Shown here piece after piece: positions 1 through 8,732 of a stretch of 34,970 nucleotides of DNA; the stretch's first letter is position 1, and every line of letters begins with the position of its first letter. Location of the stretch: IMG/VR virus record IMGVR_UViG_3300043764_000020, positions 1 to 34,970 of that record; one strand, 5' to 3'. The notes under the pieces were generated by a model. That model did no database searches. It was given only the letters and a program-made list of their open reading frames with translations, and had not been told where the DNA came from. The position numbers and the translations under genes were made by a program. This stretch comes from a virus. Taxonomy: Duplodnaviria; Caudoviricetes.

Positions 1-28
1 AGGGCATCGTGGTGTCTCCTAGGCGGCT

Positions 29-172
29 TCAGGCGGCGTCGGCGTTGAGCTGGGCGGCCTTGTGCTCCGCGTCATCGCGGCTGCCGGTGTCGTAGGCCCA
101 GTCTTCGACCTCGGTGTCCCAGACGGCCCAGTCCGAGTAGCCGACCTGCTCGACGGTGTAGCGCTGCTCCAT
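29..172 (-). CDS. hypothetical protein, 47 aa (MEQRYTVEQVGYSDW...)
   Basis: Hand-translated; GAGGAG RBS, conserved promoter motif at 203-217, GC3-rich codons. Confidence 0.8.
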   Translation of the reverse strand: MEQRYTVEQVGYSDWAVWDTEVEDWAYDTGSRDDAEHKAAQLNADAA

Positions 173-202
173 GGGAATCTCCTCGGTTCGGTGTTTCCTG
201 TT

Positions 203-217
203 GTATCTACCCTAGCA
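203..217 (-). promoter_or_regulatory. phage promoter/operator motif TGCTAGGGTAGATAC (representative of ~25 copies)
   Basis: Extended -10-like TGnTAGGGT; exact copies at 2576-2590, 3048-3062, 16159-16173, 18057-18071; variants listed in findings. Confidence 0.8.
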
Positions 218-252
218 TGGTGTATCAAGGCGTGTCTACCCGCGCAGCAGAA

Positions 253-277
253 AGCCCCCGGGAGATTCCCAGGGGCT
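253..277 (-). terminator. intrinsic terminator, repeated family (also ~838-858, ~1122-1145)
   Basis: AGCCCC..GGGGCT stem with T-run on minus strand, downstream of small genes. Confidence 0.7.
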
Positions 278-297
278 CGGTGTACCAGGGCGGCCGG

Positions 298-447
298 TCA
301 GACAGCGATGCCGTAGTGACGGCGTACGGCGCGGCTCAGGTGGATCTGCCCGACCGTGGTGGCGACGTACACCAGGAAGGCCAGCATCAGGTGGCCGCTG
401 CTGGCGAGGGCGAAGACGGCGGCGTAGCGAAGGGCGGTGCAGATCAC
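298..447 (-). CDS. small membrane protein, 49 aa
   Basis: Hand-translated MICTALRYAAVFALASSGHLMLAFLVYVATT...; AGGAG RBS, GTG start, hydrophobic. Confidence 0.7.
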   Translation of the reverse strand: MICTALRYAAVFALASSGHLMLAFLVYVATTVGQIHLSRAVRRHYGIAV

Positions 448-534
448 GGCGGCTCTCCTAGGACTCGGTGTGCCTGGTGGTGTGCGGCGGCCCCCTGGAC
501 GCTCCAGGGGGCCGGTGTGGGCCGTGCGGCCCGG

Positions 535-711
535 TCAGACGATGAAGAACACCTCGGCGTAGCGCAGGATCTCCGCCTCGGAAGCCCCCTCCAGACCGGC
601 GTGGCGGGCCAGGCGCTGGTAGGCAGCGTCCATGGCTTCCTGGGAGGCGCAGCCGACCTCCAGGAGGTTCAGGAGGTTGCGGGCGGCGGCGGCGATGGGG
701 CTGGCGTTCAT
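535..711 (-). CDS. hypothetical protein, 58 aa (MNASPIAAAARNLL...)
   Basis: Hand-translated; AGGAG RBS, promoter TTGTAT-17-TATTGT upstream. Confidence 0.8.
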   Translation of the reverse strand: MNASPIAAAARNLLNLLEVGCASQEAMDAAYQRLARHAGLEGASEAEILRYAEVFFIV

Positions 712-726
712 GGGGTTCTCCTGGGG

Positions 727-812
727 CTTGGTGTTCCCTGCCTTGCGAGATCAACAATAGCAAGCTACTAGGGTAGATACAACCCCTTCGCTGAAGATCT
801 TTTCCCGGTGTA
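727..812. repeat. ~85-bp imperfect direct repeat (promoter plus leader), second copy ~1404-1488
   Basis: Both read cttggtgttccctgc...tactagggtagatacaacccc...cttttcccggtgt. Confidence 0.8.
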
Positions 813-875
813 CCCGCTGCTCCCGGGCAAACGAAAGAGCCCCCGGTTTCCCGGGGGCCGGTGTATCCGGTGTTG

Positions 876-1034
876 CTACAGCGCCTCGATGGCGTCGGAG
901 GCTTCCTGGCAGGTCTTGAACCACGCCTTGGTGTAGCCGAGGGCTCGGGCGTCCACACGCTGCCCGTTCCGGAGGATCCAGAAGCGCTTGCCGGTGAGGG
1001 TGATGTTGATCTGGATCTCCAGCTTGGCGTTCAT
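876..1034 (-). CDS. hypothetical protein, 52 aa (MNAKLEIQINITLTGK...)
   Basis: Hand-translated; GAGGAG RBS, motif at 1070-1084. Confidence 0.8.
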   Translation of the reverse strand: MNAKLEIQINITLTGKRFWILRNGQRVDARALGYTKAWFKTCQEASDAIEAL

Positions 1035-1161
1035 GGGATTCTCCTCGGTTCGGTGTTCCCTGCCTTGATGTATCTACTCTAGCACACCCGAGGGTAGATA
1101 CAACACCACGGCGCAGCAAAAAGCCCCCTGGTTTCCCAGGGGGCTCGGTGTAGCTGGTGTG

Positions 1162-1389
1162 TCAGGCCTTGTGGCCGAACCGGCGCTCCAGGTCCGCCGC
1201 CTGCATGGGGCCGACCTCCAGGACACCTGCCTTGTAGTCCAGGTAGTCCTGGTAGTCCTCGTTCTCGAAGATCCAGTTCAGACGCTCGTTCGAGTTCGCC
1301 TCACCGAAGGGGATGCCCAGGTCGGGGTCGATTCGGACCGCCTCGGTGGCGGCGGGGGCGATCTGGGCCTTCTTGGTGAATCCGAACAT
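1162..1389 (-). CDS. hypothetical protein, 75 aa
   Basis: ORF track; GAGGAG RBS, own promoter and terminator. Confidence 0.85.
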   Translation of the reverse strand: MFGFTKKAQIAPAATEAVRIDPDLGIPFGEANSNERLNWIFENEDYQDYLDYKAGVLEVGPMQAADLERRFGHKA

Positions 1390-1509
1390 CGGGGGCTCCT
1401 CGGCTTGGTGTTCCCTGCTGATGAATCAATAGTAGCACGGGTACTAGGGTAGATACAACCCCCTACGGAAACTTCTTTTCCCGGTGTCTCCGGTGTCAGC
1501 CGTCCAGTG

Positions 1510-1821
1510 CTACGCCCCGCAGTGGCAGCCGTTCGGTGTACCGCAGAGCGCGGGGTTGGGGCAGCCGTCGTACCAGCCGTTGCAGCGGCAGCCGTAACGC
1601 TCCATCAGGGGCTCTCCGGTGAAGGTCTCCGGCTCGATCTCCAGGTACCGGTGTCCCCGTTCGACGTACCACCGCTTCAGGGCCTCATCCAGGTGTGTGG
1701 CGAGTTCTTCGGTGATCTCGTGGTGGGTGAGCTGATGGATTTCCGGGATGCCGTGGGCCTGCTGGCGGTCGGTGTCTGTGGTGACGATGGAGATTTCGAG
1801 TCTCCGGATTTCTCCGCTCAT
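1510..1821 (-). CDS. hypothetical protein with Cys-rich C-terminus
   Basis: AGGAGG RBS; CRC..GC..LC..GCHC tail. Confidence 0.8.
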   Translation of the reverse strand: MSGEIRRLEISIVTTDTDRQQAHGIPEIHQLTHHEITEELATHLDEALKRWYVERGHRYLEIEPETFTGEPLMERYGCRCNGWYDGCPNPALCGTPNGCHCGA

Positions 1822-1887
1822 GGCGTCCTCCTGGGAACGGTGAAGGGGCGCAGCCGGTGTGTGCGGCTGCGCCCCGGTGTACGGGTG

Positions 1888-2199
1888 TCAGAGGCGGAAC
1901 GCGGTGCAGGCGCAGACGTAGCCCATGTGCCCGTTGCCGTCGTCCTCGGTCCACGTCCAGGTGTGGGGGTGCTCCGGGTCGCCGCCCCAGATCTCGGGCT
2001 GCGGTGTCTCCTGCTCGACCCGGCTCAGCTGCTCCCAGCGGCCCGGTGTGTCCGTGTAGAGGCCGAACTTGACGGAGCCGGTGTGGTCGACCTGGAACTC
2101 CTCGCAGACGGCGTTGCAGGCCTTCCGGTCGGCTACGCGGGACATCTGGCGGGTGTAGGTGCCGTTGTCGGCGGTGTGCTCCAGAACCAGGATGAACAT
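1888..2199 (-). CDS. hypothetical protein, 103 aa
   Basis: ORF track; directly follows upstream gene, GGAG RBS. Confidence 0.8.
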   Translation of the reverse strand: MFILVLEHTADNGTYTRQMSRVADRKACNAVCEEFQVDHTGSVKFGLYTDTPGRWEQLSRVEQETPQPEIWGGDPEHPHTWTWTEDDGNGHMGYVCACTAFRL

Positions 2200-2201
2200 G
2201 A

Positions 2202-2543
2202 TCAGAACTCCGTTCCCTTGGCGGCTTCGAGGACCGCGCGGTAGTTGGCGGTGGCGGTCGGGGTGTCCAGGATGATCTTGTGCTCGGCCAGGTAGCCCTT
2301 GTGGACCATCACGAACTGCTGCTGGTCGATGCTGCGCACCACGGTGTCTCCGTCGCGGGTTTCCACGGTGATCTGGAGGGTGCGGACTCCGGTCTTCTTG
2401 ATCTTCCGGAGGACTCCTTCGACCTCGCTCCAGCCGGTCCAGATGATCCGGCCGTTCGCCCGCTTGGTGATCTTGGTGTTGGCCTTGACCGGCATTCCGG
2501 GGCGGAGGGCGGAGATCTGGATCTCAGTGAATCGGCGGATCAT
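2202..2543 (-). CDS. hypothetical basic beta-rich protein
   Basis: GAGGAG RBS; promoter motif at 2576-2590. Confidence 0.85.
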   Translation of the reverse strand: MIRRFTEIQISALRPGMPVKANTKITKRANGRIIWTGWSEVEGVLRKIKKTGVRTLQITVETRDGDTVVRSIDQQQFVMVHKGYLAEHKIILDTPTATANYRAVLEAAKGTEF

Positions 2544-2648
2544 GGGAGTCTCCTCGGTGTGGTGTCTCTCTTGATGTATCTACCCTAGCACACCAAACAA
2601 AGGAGGCGCAACTCCCGAGAGAGCTGCGCCTCATACCGGTGTACCCGC

Positions 2649-3008
2649 TTACTCCAGGGGGCCCAGAACGTCCTTGGCGTAGGTCTGGTGCACCCCGGTG
2701 ATCCCGTCGATCCGGAGCGCCACCCGCTCATCCCCGTCGTCGTCCGTCCACCACTCCAGGAGGCTCGCGGCACGCCCGCTGTCGTCGTCGGCCCAGAAGC
2801 TGGTGCGCACCCGCTTGCCAACGAGCGACCGGACATTCACGGTCCCACGAGCCTGCGCGATCTTCGCCGCGATCGACTGGAGCCGCCCCCACGCCACCGC
2901 ATCGAAGCAGCCCTCCTCGTTGTCGTGTCCGTACGCGTCCCCCATGAACTCCCCCAGAGCCGCTTCCAGGACGGCAAGGTCAGCACGGTCGAAGTTGATC
3001 TGCGGCAT
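2649..3008 (-). CDS. hypothetical protein, 119 aa
   Basis: GAGGAG RBS; promoter motif at 3048-3062. Confidence 0.85.
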   Translation of the reverse strand: MPQINFDRADLAVLEAALGEFMGDAYGHDNEEGCFDAVAWGRLQSIAAKIAQARGTVNVRSLVGKRVRTSFWADDDSGRAASLLEWWTDDDGDERVALRIDGITGVHQTYAKDVLGPLE

Positions 3009-3143
3009 CGGAGTCTCCTCGGTGTCGGTGTCTCGCGGCGTCTTGATGTATCTACCCTAGCATGCTCCAGATAAACCGCGCAACCCCGAGCCAACGAAAA
3101 AGGGAGCAGCCGCAGCCGCTCCCCGCTCGTCACACCCGCACGA

Positions 3144-3206
3144 TCAGCCGTGCCAGTGATGCGTGTGCCGCACCACCCACACGATCCAATTCCAGTACGC
3201 CTCCAT
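3144..3206 (-). CDS. putative 20-aa micropeptide MEAYWNWIVWVVRHTHHWHG
   Basis: Follows promoter motif 3237-3251 and a GGAGGAGGAGG purine tract. Confidence 0.45.
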   Translation of the reverse strand: MEAYWNWIVWVVRHTHHWHG

Positions 3207-3240
3207 CACCCTTCACCTCCTCCTCCACTGAACGAACGAT

Positions 3241-3597
3241 CTACCCTAGCACGCTGGAGAACACCGTGCCAACCGGAGCCTCCAGCAACTCCCGCCCCCA
3301 CCCCTGAGTCAACCGCCTCACCTGCTCCTGCTGCTCCGGCGTCGGATACCGATCCAACAACTCCCGCATGTCTATCCGCACCAACTGCCGACGACCCAAC
3401 TCATTCACATACGCCCGACCACCGAGCCGCCGCTCATCCTGGATCACCAGACGCACCCGATCCTCCGCCACCTTCTCCACCCGCAACACCACACCACGAG
3501 CCTCCTGCATCACCCCCTGCACCGGAACCAGAAACCGCACCGGAACACCACGACGCACCGAACCAGCATGAGAATTGAGCATACGGATAGCAGGCAC
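3241..3597 (-). CDS. hypothetical protein, possible distant paralog of 2202-2543
   Basis: GGAGG RBS before GTG; motif variant at 3627-3641. Confidence 0.7.
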   Translation of the reverse strand: MPAIRMLNSHAGSVRRGVPVRFLVPVQGVMQEARGVVLRVEKVAEDRVRLVIQDERRLGGRAYVNELGRRQLVRIDMRELLDRYPTPEQQEQVRRLTQGWGRELLEAPVGTVFSSVLG

Positions 3598-3990
3598 AAG
3601 AGCCTCCAGGGCAGAAGATCAACGGTGTATCTACCCTACCCGAGCCCCCTAACACATGCGAAAGCCGGGGGTGCAGATGCGGGCGGAGCAGCACCCCCGG
3701 CACGGGCGCGATCACAGGGGAACACGGCACGCCCGGCAGACCAAGATCAACCAGAGCAGCCAGATGATCATGATCCGGAGTCCCTCGCATGCGAGGACCA
3801 ACCAGCACCGACCGTAGCAGTCCCCCACACACCACCACAGGTGTTCGGAGTCTTCCACCACTCGGAAATAGATTTTCGCGTTACCCGGTGTCCTCACGGG
3901 TGCTCCACGAGCAGTGGCCCCACACGGTGTAGGGCCTAGTCCGGGATGGTACGTGTACACCTGTTCACTGATCAAGTCCCTAGCAGCGGT

Positions 3991-4237
3991 GTAATCCGGT
4001 TCTGGGAAATGAGTACCCCTCGCATGGTGGGAGGGTCACACGCGTATACACACCCAAAATCGCAGATTACAGAGATTACGCAGGTCAGAGTGGATTACAA
4101 AGCAGATTACAAGTGGATTACTCAGTGGATTACACGGGTGTTGGGGTGTCTCAGGGGGGTGGTGTCGGCTCAAGTTGATCTTGTAATCCGGGTGTAATCC
4201 GGTGTGTGTTCCGCTCCGTAACCCGCTCGGCGATTAC
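3991..4237. repeat. GATTAC iteron-like cluster, putative replication origin
   Basis: GATTAC at 4065, 4074, 4093, 4105, 4116, 4128, 4232; inverted GTAATC at 3991, 4183, 4194; non-coding, immediately downstream of the P-loop replication gene. Confidence 0.65.
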
Positions 4238-4250
4238 GCCGGAGACAGCC

Positions 4251-4286
4251 GAGAGCCCCCGAGACTCGGTGTCTGCGGGGGCTCTC
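4251..4286 (-). terminator. hairpin terminator after replication gene
   Basis: GAGAGCCCCCG / CGGGGGCTCTC 11-bp stem. Confidence 0.6.
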
Positions 4287-4301
4287 TCGGACAGCGGTGG
4301 A

Positions 4302-6134
4302 TCAGATCCGGTCCTTGATCGTCTCGATGCGGGACAGGTACTCCGGGTTGTCCGCCTTCAGCCGCCACATCGTGCGAGGGGCCATCCCGCGAGGCCGCAC
4401 AGAGCACTTTACGAAGCCCACCCGCTTCGCCTGCTCCAGCAACGCCTTGTTGTCATGCACACGCTGCTCGTACCCGTTGCGGGCGAACAGACGCCACGCG
4501 TTGGACAGGGTGTCCGGCTGGAACACGATGTCGCCACGGAACCAGTACGCCGGAGCGGTCTTGAACTCCACACCGCTGATCCGGATCTTCTCCCGGTCCT
4601 CCCAGCCTTCCCAGTCCCCGTACTCCCGCAGAGCCCAGGGCAGGATCTCCAGAGTGAGCGAGTTCTCCCAGTCGTCCGCCTCCTCTGCCAACTGGGAGGC
4701 AACCCACTGGGACACCAGGTGATAGGTGTAGCCGTTGCGGGACCACGCTCCCCGCTCCCCGCGCAGGTGATCGATGAAGCAGGCACCAGCCTTCACCACG
4801 GCGTACTTGTCACCACCACGGCCAGCCTTCGGCTTCTCCTCCTCCACCAAGACCATGAGATCGTCCAGCCACATCATCATCTCGGAGACCACCCAGCCGG
4901 TCAGCACGGTGAATCCGAGCGGTGCCGGGTACTTGCGGCGCAGAGCGGTGACGTCCAGCCACTGCGAGAGGCCTTCCCGACCGGGGTGCTGGGACTTCCG
5001 CTTGGACGGGTCCGACAGCTCCAGGGACAGCGTCCGGTCCCTCAGCGCCTTCTGACGGTCCAAACCCAGGTACTCGCCCGTGATCATGATGCCACCGGTC
5101 AGCTTGGCTCCCTGAGACGACTGGAAGCCGCTACGTACCGACCGCAGGTTCTTGGTGCCATCAGCGGTGGACAACCGCAGCATCTCGTAGACGGCCTTGG
5201 GGTCGTCCAGGTCGTCCAGGTGCACGAACCCTGAGCGGGTAGCAGCCAGCTTCTGCCGGACGTCCGGGATGGTTCCCTGGGACGGACCGGCGAGAGACCC
5301 GGTGAGCAGCTGCATGAGCATGCCGAGGGCGCCGGAGGTCTTGCCGGACCCGGAGGGTGCTTCAACGGCCAGAGCGGGGAAGAGACTGGCGTGCTGGATG
5401 ACCAGGGACTGGATCAGGTTCATAGCCATCCACGAGGCGGCCACAGCAACCGGTGACTCGTCGTGGAACGTCATGATCTCCCGCAGCACACCGCCGACCT
5501 CGTTGAGTGCGACAGTCCGGCTGTCCAACTCCTCGTTGCCCCAGTCGCCAGTCTGGAAGCCGAACGAGTACAGGGCGTCTCCGCTGTGCGACAGCTCCGG
5601 CGAGGGCCGGTAGGGGGCGGATGCGTCCGCTTCACCCTTCCACGGGTGGATGACGCCGTCTTCCGTGATGAACAGGTTGAGATCGGGGTGGTACCCGACC
5701 TGATCGACAGTGGTGTACACCGGAGGGTTCTGGGACTCCAGGTACAGCATGATCCGGGTACCGCTCGGGGTCTTGCCGCCCAGCGGTCGATCCGGGGGTG
5801 TGAGTGCCAGCCGGTTGGCGGTACCCCAGGCGATCAGCTTCCGGGCGTCCGCCAGTATGGCGTGGTCCAGGTAGCTTCTGCGGGTACGTCCGCTCTTGTG
5901 GTGTACCTCCACCACCCACGTGCACTCGGATCCGTCGCCGGGGTCCACGATGCCCACCGCTTCAAGGTCGAAGTCGGCGAACGGGATGGCCTTGACGACG
6001 TGCTCTCCGTTCTTCTCGGGGTCCGGCACACGGGCTGCGATGTGCATCACACCGTCTTTGGAGGCGAGGTATCCCGTCTCTGCGGTGTGGGCCAGCAGCA
6101 GCGCTGACACTTCTTCAGTCATGGTCTCTGACAC
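4302..6134 (-). CDS. P-loop NTPase replication protein (DUF927-like helicase / origin-binding)
   Basis: Walker A APSGSGKT, Walker B FVHLDD; 610 aa; start may be ATG at 6122. Confidence 0.75.
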   Translation of the reverse strand: MSETMTEEVSALLLAHTAETGYLASKDGVMHIAARVPDPEKNGEHVVKAIPFADFDLEAVGIVDPGDGSECTWVVEVHHKSGRTRRSYLDHAILADARKLIAWGTANRLALTPPDRPLGGKTPSGTRIMLYLESQNPPVYTTVDQVGYHPDLNLFITEDGVIHPWKGEADASAPYRPSPELSHSGDALYSFGFQTGDWGNEELDSRTVALNEVGGVLREIMTFHDESPVAVAASWMAMNLIQSLVIQHASLFPALAVEAPSGSGKTSGALGMLMQLLTGSLAGPSQGTIPDVRQKLAATRSGFVHLDDLDDPKAVYEMLRLSTADGTKNLRSVRSGFQSSQGAKLTGGIMITGEYLGLDRQKALRDRTLSLELSDPSKRKSQHPGREGLSQWLDVTALRRKYPAPLGFTVLTGWVVSEMMMWLDDLMVLVEEEKPKAGRGGDKYAVVKAGACFIDHLRGERGAWSRNGYTYHLVSQWVASQLAEEADDWENSLTLEILPWALREYGDWEGWEDREKIRISGVEFKTAPAYWFRGDIVFQPDTLSNAWRLFARNGYEQRVHDNKALLEQAKRVGFVKCSVRPRGMAPRTMWRLKADNPEYLSRIETIKDRI

Positions 6135-6189
6135 GGCTATCCGCTCTTAGTGGGTCCAACGTTTCAGCGGGTGTCGGGCGGGTTGCCGG

Positions 6190-6372
6190 TCAGGCGGCAG
6201 CGGGGTCGGCTCCGGGTTCGGTGATGCCTTCCCGCTTGAGCATGTCTTCGATAGCCCACCTGGCAACGAGGGAGACGTTCTGTACCCGGTGCTTCTCGGC
6301 GACTGTGGCCAGTCCGTCCGCCATCCACTGCGGGATGCGCGCTCGGAGCGGGGTGTTCAGATCCTGAGGCAT
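6190..6372 (-). CDS. ribbon-helix-helix (CopG/Arc-like) DNA-binding protein
   Basis: PLRARIP strand plus helices (..LATVAEK..NVSLVARWAIEDML); AAGGA RBS. Confidence 0.7.
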   Translation of the reverse strand: MPQDLNTPLRARIPQWMADGLATVAEKHRVQNVSLVARWAIEDMLKREGITEPGADPAAA

Positions 6373-6489
6373 CTTGATCCTTCCGTGGTGAATGTTAGGA
6401 TCATTCCATGGCAGACGGCGGAATACAAGCCGTCAAATCCGCAGGTCAGTGGGCCTTTTGGGCCCCGCAGCATTTGGAGCAGAACTAGT

Positions 6490-6717
6490 ATGACGAACGA
6501 GCAGGAGATCCGGGCAGCGGCAGCAGCGATCTTGTTCCGCCACACGCCTCCCGCAGTGGAGAGGGCGCAGGAGCCGGGCGTGAAGCCGGGACCGTGGGAG
6601 ATCGCGCTGGACCACTACGACCACCTGCGCGCCCTGGAGCGGTACATCCGTGACGGGTTCGACGGTCCGGGCAAGGGCTACGTGACGACGGAAGACCTCC
6701 GCAGGACGTCCCGGTGA
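6490..6717 (+). CDS. hypothetical protein, 75 aa (MTNEQEIRA...)
   Basis: ATG 6490 with GGAG upstream; GTGA overlap with next gene. Confidence 0.75.
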   Translation: MTNEQEIRAAAAAILFRHTPPAVERAQEPGVKPGPWEIALDHYDHLRALERYIRDGFDGPGKGYVTTEDLRRTSR

Positions 6718-7040
6718 CCGATCGCATCATCCCCGCTCCCGCAGGCTGGACGTTCCACGTGGCGGAGGACTGGGAGGTGAACACGGGCAAGCCGGTGGTC
6801 CGGGTGTACCCGGTGTTCGCGTTCGAGTTGTCGGAGGAGTTGGAGGGCCGTCCGCAGCAGGGGGCGGGGATCTACTTCCTGGACACGTACAGCCATCAGC
6901 TCTGCTACACGAACGAGCAGTCCCCGTACCGCTACGGGATCGGGATGTTCGGGCCGGGCCTGATACCGGATCCGGAGGCCGTGGAGTCGGCGCTGAACAT
7001 CGTGAAGTGGACCGCTGCACGGGCGCGTAAGGCGGCGTGA
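6714..7040 (+). CDS. hypothetical protein, 108 aa
   Basis: GTGA coupling; followed by terminator. Confidence 0.8.
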   Translation: MTDRIIPAPAGWTFHVAEDWEVNTGKPVVRVYPVFAFELSEELEGRPQQGAGIYFLDTYSHQLCYTNEQSPYRYGIGMFGPGLIPDPEAVESALNIVKWTAARARKAA

Positions 7041-7046
7041 ACGACC

Positions 7047-7081
7047 GGAGGACCAGGAGATGAGTGCTCTCCTGGTCCTCC
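7047..7081 (+). terminator. hairpin terminator
   Basis: GGAGGACCAGGAGA / TCTCCTGGTCCTCC 14-bp stem. Confidence 0.65.
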
Positions 7082-7217
7082 GTCGCGAGGGCGGTTGGCG
7101 CTCATTCCAACCGGTGTCAGCCTACCGCTTGACCGAATGCCGATAGGAAATTCGGGGCAGGACAGGTAGATTGTTTCCCTGAACCTGTCGCTTATCTTGA
7201 CCGCCCTGGAGGACACG

Positions 7218-7448
7218 ATGCCTCGCTTGGACCCGCAGACCGCTGCACGGCTCCGGCACATTCACCCGGTGGTCCCCAAGTCGTTCGTGCGCCCGCTGGA
7301 TGGTGCGGCGACGCTGGAGGCCGTCATGGACTTCGTGGCGGAGTGCTACGCGCACGGTGTCCCGAAGAACGCTGTGATCTCTCCTGAGGGCTCGAACATG
7401 GTTGCCCGCTGGGCTGTCCCGATGGCGGACTACCCGCGCAACCGCTGA
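7218..7448 (+). CDS. hypothetical protein, 76 aa
   Basis: GGAGG RBS before ATG 7218. Confidence 0.75.
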   Translation: MPRLDPQTAARLRHIHPVVPKSFVRPLDGAATLEAVMDFVAECYAHGVPKNAVISPEGSNMVARWAVPMADYPRNR

Positions 7449-7485
7449 CCCGTACAGCCGCTGTAGCGGCAGGTTCCCAGGCGCG

Positions 7486-7524
7486 CGAGAGCCCCGGTCG
7501 AGTACGCATCGACCGGGGCTCTCG
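7486..7524. terminator. bidirectional terminator between convergent genes
   Basis: CGAGAGCCCCGGTCGA / TCGACCGGGGCTCTCG 16-bp stem. Confidence 0.75.
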
Positions 7525-7531
7525 GCTGTCT

Positions 7532-7765
7532 TCACTTCTCCAGTGAGACCGTCATGTCCGCGACCTCTGTGGAGTCCCTGAACGCGCACCGGGTGTGGTG
7601 GCTTGCCGGTGTGCCTGCGATGTAGTGGGCGTACCAGTGGGCCCGCTCCATGACGACCGTTGCCGGTGTACCGGGGATGGCTACCCGCACGGCCATTTCC
7701 AGGGCCGCGAGACGGATCTCCTGGTGCTGCTGGATGGGGGTGAGGTTGGGGTCGATGCGGGTCAT
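7532..7765 (-). CDS. hypothetical protein, 77 aa
   Basis: ATGA overlap with upstream gene. Confidence 0.75.
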   Translation of the reverse strand: MTRIDPNLTPIQQHQEIRLAALEMAVRVAIPGTPATVVMERAHWYAHYIAGTPASHHTRCAFRDSTEVADMTVSLEK

Positions 7766-8007
7766 GCGGTGGTCTCCCGGATCTCGTAGCGGAACTCGAT
7801 GATGATCTCTTCGTCGCCGTTGTGGAAGGTGAGGGCGTTGTCGGCGACGCTCGCGTTTTCCTTGATGCCGTGGTGCTGCCGGTAGGCGCGTTCGGCGACG
7901 GACCAGGCCTTGCCGATCTCGGCGGCTGCTGCCCCGTAGGGCTCGGGGGCCGGGACCCTCCAGCGGCGGATGCGGAGGGTGGTGGTGTCTTCGGTGTATT
8001 CGGCCAC
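7762..8007 (-). CDS. hypothetical protein (MAEYTEDTTT...)
   Basis: AAGGAG RBS before GTG 8007. Confidence 0.8.
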   Translation of the reverse strand: MAEYTEDTTTLRIRRWRVPAPEPYGAAAAEIGKAWSVAERAYRQHHGIKENASVADNALTFHNGDEEIIIEFRYEIRETTA

Positions 8008-8009
8008 GG

Positions 8010-8192
8010 TCACTCCTTGATGAACTTGGCGAGGTGCGCGGCGTAGGCCGGGCATTCGTCTTCGTGGTACTGGACGCCGCCGATGTAGCTGTGGTCCCAG
8101 GCGTGCACGGGGCAGTAGTCGGGGTCTACGTCGTCGGCGAACTCCATGCCGCCTCCGAGGCGCAGGCCTTCTACGAACTCTCCGGAGTTCAT
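8010..8192 (-). CDS. hypothetical protein, 60 aa
   Basis: ATGA overlap; CPVH..H..C possible metal ligands. Confidence 0.75.
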   Translation of the reverse strand: MNSGEFVEGLRLGGGMEFADDVDPDYCPVHAWDHSYIGGVQYHEDECPAYAAHLAKFIKE

Positions 8193-8356
8193 GCTCTGGC
8201 CTTTCCAGGGCGACGGTGGCGGCCGATCCGCTTAAGGTGGTTGGCCCGGATCTTCCGGGTGTTCCAGACGGTCCAGGTGAGGTAGAAGGCTCGTGCGACG
8301 ACGTAGGCCAGGATGAACCAGCAAGCGGTGGCAGCGAACCAGCGAAGGGTCTGCAT
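8189..8356 (-). CDS. small membrane protein, 55 aa
   Basis: Hand-translated MQTLRWFAATACWFILAYVVARAFY...; AAGGAG RBS; motif at 8387-8401. Confidence 0.75.
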   Translation of the reverse strand: MQTLRWFAATACWFILAYVVARAFYLTWTVWNTRKIRANHLKRIGRHRRPGKARA

Positions 8357-8429
8357 GGGTCTCCTTGAGATGGTGTCCCGTGTGATGTATCTACACTAGC
8401 ACATACTCAGGTGAGGAGTACAGCCGGTC

Positions 8430-8732
8430 ATGGTCGAGATGGAACCCGCAGGCAACTGCCTCCGCTGCGGAAACCCGTTCCTGCGGGCCCGGTTGGGCCG
8501 ACCCGCTCAGTTCTGCGGGGCGACGTGCAGGCAGCGGTACCACGAGCACCGGAGGACGCTGGCGGAGCTGTCGTTCTGGCTGCATCAATCCCTGCTGGAG
8601 GCTGCTTTTCAGCGGGGTCTGCTGCTACCGCTGATCTCGGCGGCGAGCGGAGATTCGTCACATCCGAAAGCCTCCAGGGAACGCGAAAGCCCCCGACCCG
8701 GAGGCCAGGGGCTGAGGCGTAGCGGTGGCTAG
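8430..8732 (+). CDS. putative zinc-finger protein
   Basis: CxxC...FCxxxCR motif; GAGGAG RBS; C-terminus runs through a hairpin. Confidence 0.55.
   Translation: MVEMEPAGNCLRCGNPFLRARLGRPAQFCGATCRQRYHEHRRTLAELSFWLHQSLLEAAFQRGLLLPLISAASGDSSHPKASRERESPRPGGQGLRRSGG

Noticed and set aside
203-3640. Recurrent 15-bp motif as a CRISPR or guide-RNA array
   Set aside because: Spacing is irregular (hundreds of bp), the intervals are genes, both orientations occur, and no cas operon is present
3712-3975. 87-aa minus-strand ORF
   Set aside because: No RBS; composition reflects the local GT skew; lies in the putative origin region
4060-4240. GATTAC repeats as a TIGR-like RNA array
   Set aside because: 6-8-bp units with short uneven spacing and inverted copies fit iterons; no Nop-domain gene seen
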